64,000 nt of DNA from the human T2T-CHM13v2.0 reference genome, Homo sapiens. Shown one piece after another: positions 55,826 to 64,000 of the stretch. The position numbers and the translations under genes are program-made. The DNA is taken from the NCBI RefSeq assembly GCF_009914755.1, contig NC_060946.1. One strand, written 5' to 3'. The notes under the pieces were generated by a model. It made no database searches. It was given only the letters and a program-made list of their open reading frames with translations, and was not told the DNA's origin. Position 1 is the first letter of the stretch, and every line of letters starts with the position of its first letter.

Positions 55826-57556
55826 CCTTCTGAGGAATCTTCAGTGAAAAGCCACGGTCAAGTTCAAACCCCATAGCAGGGCACACAGGCCCTCTGATGC
55901 TCTGGCCCCCACCTTCCTCACCGCTCCCTGCCACCACAGTCACCTTAGGTCCAGGCACCCACTGACGCCCTGCTTCGGTGCCTCCTGGAGCCCATCTACT
56001 CCTCCCACTCCCATCCCCAGCCTCAGGCCTTCACTCAGCTGCTCCCTCGCCCTGGAATGTCCCCCCCACTGTCCCCACCATGTGCAAGTCACCTGTCCTC
56101 AGAGACCCACCCAAAGCTGCCTGGTCCATGCGGCGGCCCCCAACCCTCCCCAGGCTCCCTGAGCACTCTGCTTTCCAGAGGGAGCTCTACCTGTATGTGG
56201 CTCTTTGGGCCTCTGTCTCCCCTTTAGACTCTGAACATTCAATGGGGACACTGTTGTGTTCCCAGCTGCACCCCCTACGACTGACCCGGATGCCCTCCGC
56301 CCTCCCTGGCACAGCCTGGCTGAAATCCCAGGTGCAGGAGGCATTACTTGAACTAAAAGCAACCAGCCTCTGGATGACATGGCCCAGCTTCAGTTTCACT
56401 TTCAGTTGAGAAATTGAATTTAATTTTTCTTTCTATCTTGATGGGCATCTCTTTTTGGTGAAGAACAAATAAGACCATGACTCATATTTCACAGAAATTA
56501 CCCCCCTGATTTCATGGACTTTTGGCAGCTCTATCAAGTTTTTTAGAGGGGAAAAATCTTAGGCTGGGAGGGGAGGTGACTTGCCCAGAGTCACACAGCT
56601 CTTGGAGGGCAGAGGGGAGGCCAACATCTGCCCTTGTGACTCTGATATTGAAGCAAAAATGGGTGATTTTAATAATCCAACAGTGTCCAGGTTTGATTCT
56701 GCTTCTACAAACACAGAGACCTAAGCTCTCACTCCTGTAGTTATACTCACAATTCCACAGTGTGGCTTTTGAATCTCATGATTGCAAAGCTGGCATCATG
56801 CCACAGGTACCATTCTGCAATGCGACCTTCTCACTCCCCTGTCTCAGCCATGTTTCCCATTAGGGACACAGCACAGCCTGTTTCTTCTCTATCAGCTCAG
56901 AGGTCTGAACAGAGGGACAGAGGTGAGGGCCAGAGACGTGAAGTCCTATGATCTGCCTGCTCAGCCTCCTGACACGGGACCCTGGCAAGTCATTCCCCTC
57001 CCAGGGCCTCAGTTTCCCCACAGGGCCTGGCACAAGTAGGTGCTCAGACTCAGGGTGAGTGAGACAACCTCTGAGTTCCTTGTGTCTCAAAAGAAATCTG
57101 TTGTTCCCATTGGGCTTCAGCAGCAGCACCCTGGGGCCAGCCTGGGTGTGGCCCGGCCACAAGGACATGCCGGGCTCCAGGTCACCTCCCCTCCTCCACC
57201 TTCTTTGATTCCTTCAAATTTCCCAAAGAGATGGGCACCCCCAACACCTACCTTTCTTCTGGGGTCAGCTGGCCGTGTCTGAGGGTGTCAGAACCAGAGC
57301 TGAGCCCGGGGAGCTTTGTGAACCCATCTAAGCTGTTTTCCCCACCTCTCTCTACAGTTTACCCGCCCAGCAGGAGGGAGGGAGCAATCAGACTCAAGCC
57401 TGGGTGCAAATCCCGGCTCTGCCACTGCTTTCCTGTCTGATCTGAACCAGCTACCTAACCTCTCTGAGCTTATCTACAAAAGCTGAATGATCCTTCCCTT
57501 ATAGAGCTATTGCAGGAATAAGGACATGGGGGTAGATCACACTATCCCCAACTTAC

Positions 57557-57705
57557 CAAGGGATCTTCCTCTGACAGAGACTGAGCAAGATCCAACTGTT
57601 CTGAGCTGTGTGGATCCCACGTCCAGCTGTGCATCTGTGTAATAACCAGACACGTCCTCCGGCCTCCCAGATATACCCTGGAATTCGAAAGGGAAAGTGA
57701 AAGTC
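57557..57705 (-). other. APOL2: APOL2 exon 1 (5' UTR; TSS approximate)
   Basis: Donor TTG|GTAAGT at 57556; paralog of APOL4 exon 1. Confidence 0.8.
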
Positions 57706-57719
57706 ACAACTTCCCAGCA
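57687..57719. promoter_or_regulatory. APOL2 ISRE/IRF element (GAAAGGGAAAGTGAAAGT) plus imperfect GAS-like TTCCCAGCA
   Basis: Matches the GAAANNGAAA IRF consensus twice; APOL genes are established interferon-inducible genes. Confidence 0.75.
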
Positions 57720-58289
57720 GCTCATGACCAAGCACAGTAAACACGCTGCTCCCCAGCACCACCTGCAGTCCAGGCCCAGCCTCCTTGCTGCTGCACTTAG
57801 AGGAGCAGCCGCAGACCAGACATCCGGGTCCCTCTCATCCAACCCACCTGCCTCACATCCTCAGGATTCAAGGTCTGCTGTGTCAGCTGCCCATGTCTCA
57901 GGCAGTCAGAACCAGAGTTGAGCCTGGGGAGTTTTTTGAACCCATCTGAGCCGCTTGCCCCCCAACCCCCGCCCCGATCTCTGCAGTTTAAGGGCACAGC
58001 AGGTGGGGGAGAGAAGTCAGACTCAAGCCTCAGTGCAATTCCAGGCTCTGCCCCTGTTTTACTGTCTGATCTGAACTAGTTACCTAACCTTTCTGAGCTC
58101 AAGAAAGACCTGCCACTGACTGACCGTGGGGCTCTCCAGATTACTCCCCGTCCTTCCGTTCCCCCACATTCCTCAGATGCCTGCCTTACTCCCACACATG
58201 CCATCAGCATCAGCACAGTCCCCCACACATGCTGGGTGGATGCTTATTGCATATTTATTGTAATGCTTCTGAGGTTATGTTTTCTGTTA

Positions 58290-58570
58290 TGTTTTTGATA
58301 TAGAGTCTTGCTCTGTAGCCCAGGCTGGAGAGCAGTGGCACAATCATAGCTACTTCAAGTGGCACAATCAAGCCATCCTCCCATCTCAGCTTCCGAGTAG
58401 CTGGGATTACAGGTGCCTGCCACTACACCCAGCTAATTTTTTGTAATTTTAGTAGAGATGGGGTTTCACCATCTTGGCCAGGCTGGTCTTGAACTCCTGA
58501 CCTCAAGTGATCCACCTGCCTTGGCCTCCCAAAGTGCTGGGATTACAGGTGTGAGCCACGGCGCCCAGCC
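58290..58570 (-). mobile_element. Alu, apparently chimeric J/S
   Basis: Left part J-like (ATCATAGCT, CAAGCCATCCTCCC); right part S-like (GTTTCACC, TGATCCACCTGCC). Confidence 0.8.
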
Positions 58571-58769
58571 CATTGTATCCTTCTTGTGACTTTGTGTCTT
58601 CATAGCTTAGCTCCTACTAATAAATGAGAACATACAATATTTGGTTTTCCATTCCTGAGTTACTTCACTCAGAATAATGGTGTCCAACTTCATCCAGATT
58701 GTTACGGATGCCATTATTCCCTTCCTTTTTACAGCTGAGTAATATTCCATGGCATATACATATATAGGG

Positions 58770-58770
<1 letters not shown>

Positions 58771-58794
<24 letters not shown>
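58771..58794 (+). repeat. (TG)n microsatellite within the L1 3' region
   Basis: Seen directly in the sequence. Confidence 0.9.
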
Positions 58795-58800
<6 letters not shown>

Positions 58801-59816
58801 CACACACATTTTCTTCATCCACTTGTTGGCTGATGAGCATTTAGGTTGGTTCCATATTTTTTCGGTTGCAAATTATGCAGCTATAAACATGCATGTGCGA
58901 GTATCTTTTTTATATAATAACTTTTCTCCTCTGGGTAGATACCCGGTAGTGGGATTACTGGATCAAATGGTATTCTACTTTTAGTTTTTTAAGGAGTTGC
59001 CATACTGTTTTCCATAGTGGTTGTACTAGTTTACATTCCCACCACCAGTGTAAAAGTTTTCCCTTGTCACCATATTCACACCATTTTAGCTAGGCTGGTC
59101 TTGAACTCCTGACCTCAAGTGATCCACCTGCTTTGGCCTCCCAAAGTGCTGGGATTACAGGTGTGAGCCACTGCACCCTTCTATTCTTCTTTGATTTTTA
59201 AATTATGGCCATTCTTGCAGGAGTAAGGTGGCAACTTATTGCAGTTTTAATTTGCATTTCTCTGATAATTAGTGACGTTGAGCACATTTTCATATTTTTT
59301 TGGCCATTTCATTTTGTATATCTTCTTTTGAGAATTGTCTATTCATGTCCTTTGCCCACTTTTTGATGGGATTATTTTTTTTTTCTTGCTGATTTGTTTG
59401 AGTTCCTTGTAGAAACTGGATATTAGTCCTTTGTCAAATGCACAGTTTGCAAATATTTTCTCCCACTTTGAGGGTTGTCTGTTTTCTCTGCTGATTATTT
59501 ATTTTGCTGTGCAGAAGCTTTTTACTTTAATTAGGTCCCATCTCTTTATTTTTGTTTTCGTTGCATTTATTTTTGGGTTCTTGGTCCTGAATTCTTTGCC
59601 TAAGCCAATGTCTGGAGGAGTTTTTCCGATGTTATCTTCTAGAATTTTTATGGTTTCAGGTTTTAGATTTAAGTCTTTGATCCATCTTGAGTTGATTTTT
59701 GTATGAGGATACTGTTTCATTCTTCTACATGTGGCTTGCCAATTATCCTGGCACCATTTGTTGAATAGGGTGTCCTTTCCGCACTATACGTTTTTCTTTG
59801 CTTTGTCAAAGACTAG

Positions 59817-60237
<421 letters not shown>

Positions 60238-63057
60238 CTTGTACCTTTTAAGTGAACCATTTAGCCCATTTTCATTCAATGTTAGTATTGAGATATAAAG
60301 TGCTGTTCTATTCATCAGGCAAGTTGTTGCCTAAATACCTTATTTTTTTCATTGTGTTATTGTTTTATAGGCCCTAAGGCTTATAAAACAATATGCTGTA
60401 AGGAGGTTCTATTTTGGTGTATTTCGAGGTTTTGTTTCAAGACTTAGAACTCCGTTTAGCATTTCTTGTAGTACTGGCTTGGTAGTGGCGAATTCTTTCA
60501 GCATTTGTTTGTCTGAAAAAGACTTTATCTCTCCTTCATTTATGAAGCTTGGTTTTGCTGGATACAAAATTCTTGACTAACAATTATTTTGTTTAAGGAG
60601 GCTAACAACAGGACTCCAGTCCCTTCTGGCTTGTATGGTTTCTGCTGATAAATTAGCTGTTAATCTCATAGATTTTCCTTTACAGGTTACCTTATGCTTT
60701 TGTCTCACAGCTCTTAAGATTATTTCCTTCTTCTTGACTTTAGATACCCTGATGACATGTGCCTAGGTGAGGATCATTTTGTGATGAATTTCCCAGATGT
60801 TCTTTGAACTTCTTGTATCTGGATATCTAGATCTCTAGCAAGGCCAAGGAAGTTTTCCTCAATTATTCCCTCAAATAAGTTTTCCAAACTTTTAGATTTC
60901 TCTTCATCCTCAGCAACACCAATTATTCTTAAATTTGGCCATTTAACATAATCTCAAATTTCTTGGAGGCTTTGCTCATTTTTTAAAATTCTTTTTTCTT
61001 TGTCTTTGTCTGATTGGGTTAATTTGAAAGCTGTGTCTTCAAGCTCTGAAGTTCTTTCTTCTACTTGTTCTAGTCTATTGTTGAAACTTTCCAGTGCCTT
61101 TTGTATTTCTTTCAGTGTGTCTTTCATTTCCAGAAGCTGTGATTGTTTTTTCTTTGTGATATCTATTTCTCTGGAGAATTTTCATCCATATTCTGTATTT
61201 TTTAAAATTTCTTTAAGTTGGTTTTCACCTTCCTCTGCTATCTCCTTGAATAGCTTAATAATCAACCTTCTAAATTCTTTATATGGCAATTCAGAGATTT
61301 TTTGTTGGCTTGTATCTATTGCTGGGGAGCTAGCAATAGCTTTGGGGGGTGTTATAGAAATATGTTTTGTCATATTACCAGAATTACTTTTCCGGTTCCT
61401 TCTCATTTGGGTAGACTATTTCAGTGGAAAGATCTGAAACTCAACTCCTTCTGTTCAGGTTCTTTTGTCCCACGGGTTATTCCTTGATGTGGTACTCTCC
61501 TTCTCCTAGGAATAGGGCTTCCTGAGAGCCAGACTGCAGTGATTGTTATTGCTCTTCTGGGTATAGCCACCCACTGGGGCTATACCAGCCTTTGGGTTGG
61601 TGCTGGGGAATGTCTGCAAAGAGTCCTGTGATGTGATCATCTTCTGGTCTCCTAGCCATGGATACCAGCACCTACTCTGGTGTAGGTGACAGGCGAGTGA
61701 AGTAGACTCCGTGAGAGTCATTGGTTGTAGTTCTCTTTAGTGTGCTGTTTTCTCCAATGCTGGTTATGCTAGCAGTGAAGCTGTCATGTGGAGAGACTGA
61801 GGACCTCTGGTCAGTCAGGATGTTGCGGGCAGTGGTATTAGCTCTTGTCTTCTCCTTCCTGGGAATAGGGTTATTCTGTCATGAGTTGCTGTAATGGCCT
61901 GAGTTGGTTGGTCTCCAGCCAGGAAGTGGCACTTTCAAGAGAGCACCAGCTGCGGTAGTAGAAGGGAGATACAAGCTTGCCCTAGGTTGACCAGGGTAAG
62001 TATTCTAGTTTCTCAGGTGATTGGCAGGGCCATAAAGCTCCCACGAGTTTATGTCTTTTGTGTTCAGCTACCAGGATAAGTAGAGAAATACCATCAGGTG
62101 GAGGGCAGGGTTAGCTGGGTCTGAGCTCAGACTTTCCTTAAGCAGGGCTTGCTGCGGCCACTGTGAGGGATGCAGATTGTCCTAAGGCCAATGGGGTTTG
62201 TTACAGAGGGGATTATGGCTGCCTCTGCTGTGCCATATAGTTCGCCAGGGAAGTGGGGGATAGCTGGCAGCGAGAGGCCTCACCCAGATCACATGCAGTT
62301 GGCAAGGCTGGCCTTGCTCCCGCAGTGCCCCACTAACAATGCCAAGTTTAGATTCAGGCAGCCTGTGCGCAGAACTCAGACCTTGTCCCAGGCCATAAGC
62401 TTCTCCACTGAGAAAGCAAGCATGGCTTTCAGGCCTTGCCTCTCCCCATCTGCCCACAGTGTCAGTGGTGGCTCCTGGGCTCATATTTGCAGAAGTTCCT
62501 GTTCTCCCCCTGGATTCTGCTCAAGAAAATTCAAGCCCAGTAGAAATTATTAGAAAATCCATCTGGAAGCTTCTTTCACCCTGTGACCCCTCCCAAATTC
62601 TGCTGGCTGCTTTCCCCAAAGGCCTCTGTGAGATACCGCCAGGGATGGTGCCCTGGGCTTGAGCTGGACACTGGGAATGCCTACAGGATTCTTCCCACTT
62701 CTGCTTCTACTTTTACATTTTGCATGGTTCTCTGAATCCATTTCAGCTATGGGTAAGGTTAAATCCCTCTCCTGTAATCTGGATTTTCAGATTCCCCAGG
62801 GGCGATGTGTGTTTGGAGGCAGATTTTCCCTCCCTCACACTTTGGGAACTCCCAGTTTTTTGCCTGTCTCATAGAATTGGCAAGGAGCATGCCACTTCTT
62901 TCAAAGGATCTGTGAATTCTTTCAGTTTTCCTGGTACATTCCTGTGGTGGTTCTTGGCACACATTATTACATGATGTGGGTCTCCACATGCTGTCCGGTC
63001 CTTCCAAGTGGGAGCTGCATGTTAGCCCTGTCTCCTATCTGCCATCTTCCTCAGACT

Positions 63058-64000
63058 TCTAACATTAACTTTTAAAAAGCTTGGTGGGAAGAGACCAGGG
63101 CCAAAGTTCTCCTTCTTGGAGATGAAAGCCAAGAAGCACTTCCTTTGGGACAAGTCAGAAAAATCCTGACCAAATCAATGTGTGTTCCTGGCGATTCTGG
63201 CCCAGGCCTATTTCCTCCCCATCTGAGGAATTGCACAAACACAGCAGAACCCTTCTGCTGGCCCAGGACATGGAGAGGCTGGAGTGAAGTTGATCAGAGC
63301 TGGGATGGATCCTGGCTTCTGTCCCTGCACAGCTGTGGGCCTCTAGGATTATGCCTTGGAGACTGGCATCTGGCGTCTGGCATCTGTCCAATGGGAATAG
63401 TAATTCAATCATATAGGAGGATGGTGAAGGCCTTAGAGTGAACTCCAGGTCAAAGGTGGGGGACCAAGTACCATGATCCTGCCGAAAAGTCCAGATAGAC
63501 CTGGACCAGGGGCAGAACCAGGGGTCAGGATGGGCATAAGTGGGCCTAATTGGAAGGTAAGTAGGAAGGCTGGGACACCAGGGCCAGGACTAGGGTGAGA
63601 GGAGGGAGGCACCAAGGACACCAAACGTAAGGAGGTCATTGACTTGCAGAGGACACATGAGTGGGAGAGGGATATTTCTTCCCTCCCTGATTTGATCCCA
63701 TCAGTGATTGGCATAGTGGGCCGTGAGTGACGGTTTCCCCCACACCAAGCCTGAGAACTGTGAGAACTGTGGAGTTTTTGCGTGCCCTTTGGGACCCTCT
63801 TGTGTTCTACATAGAGTAGCCCCTGACCCTGGGAAAGCAGTGTGGCTTAGTGACCACTTCCGGAGTCAGAATGGGTGGCTGCCAATTTTTGTAATTTCAG
63901 GGGTTCTGAGGAAACCCATAAGTTGCCAACCAAAGAGGAAAACACTTCGTCTACCATCTTGTCCAAATTCAGGTCTTTTCAGCATTAGCAATTTATATAG
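63058..64000 (+). pseudogene. Inverted paralogous fragment of an APOL last intron (runs off the window)
   Basis: Reverse complement aligns with 12209-13115 and 48226-49092. The ORF track shows MPITDGIKSGREEISLS (63433-63714, -) vs MPISDGIKSGREEISLS (12124-12660, +). Confidence 0.75.

Overview
Primate, almost certainly human, genomic DNA from the apolipoprotein L cluster on chromosome 22q12. The window holds two complete minus-strand genes. APOL4 runs from exon 1 at ~22.9 kb to its 3' end at ~7.3 kb; the spliced CDS gives 351 aa (MEGAALLKIF...) or 348 aa (MGSWVQLITS...). APOL2 runs from exon 1 at ~57.7 kb to its 3' end at ~44.3 kb; the spliced CDS gives 337 aa (MNPESS...). The two genes sit in a tandem segmental duplication (~1-23.3 kb vs ~39.9-58.3 kb), separated by repeat-dense DNA (Alu, L1, MER11/MER4/MLT LTRs). 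I found no RNA genes, CRISPR arrays or prokaryotic-type system. The most interesting signals come from comparing paralogs: (i) reciprocal inactivation of the two APOL1-type signal-peptide exons in APOL4 and APOL2; (ii) an APOL3-like N-terminal frame kept open in exon 1 of both genes; (iii) a MER11 LTR inserted into the ancestral APOL4 stop codon; (iv) an orphan third copy of the interferon-responsive APOL promoter at ~30.6 kb; (v) an inverted relic of another APOL copy at the right edge; (vi) several templated insertions and deletions, and a chimeric-Alu breakpoint. Repeat subfamily names and APOL1/APOL3 comparisons are from memory and need RepeatMasker/BLAST confirmation. Percent identities are estimated by eye.
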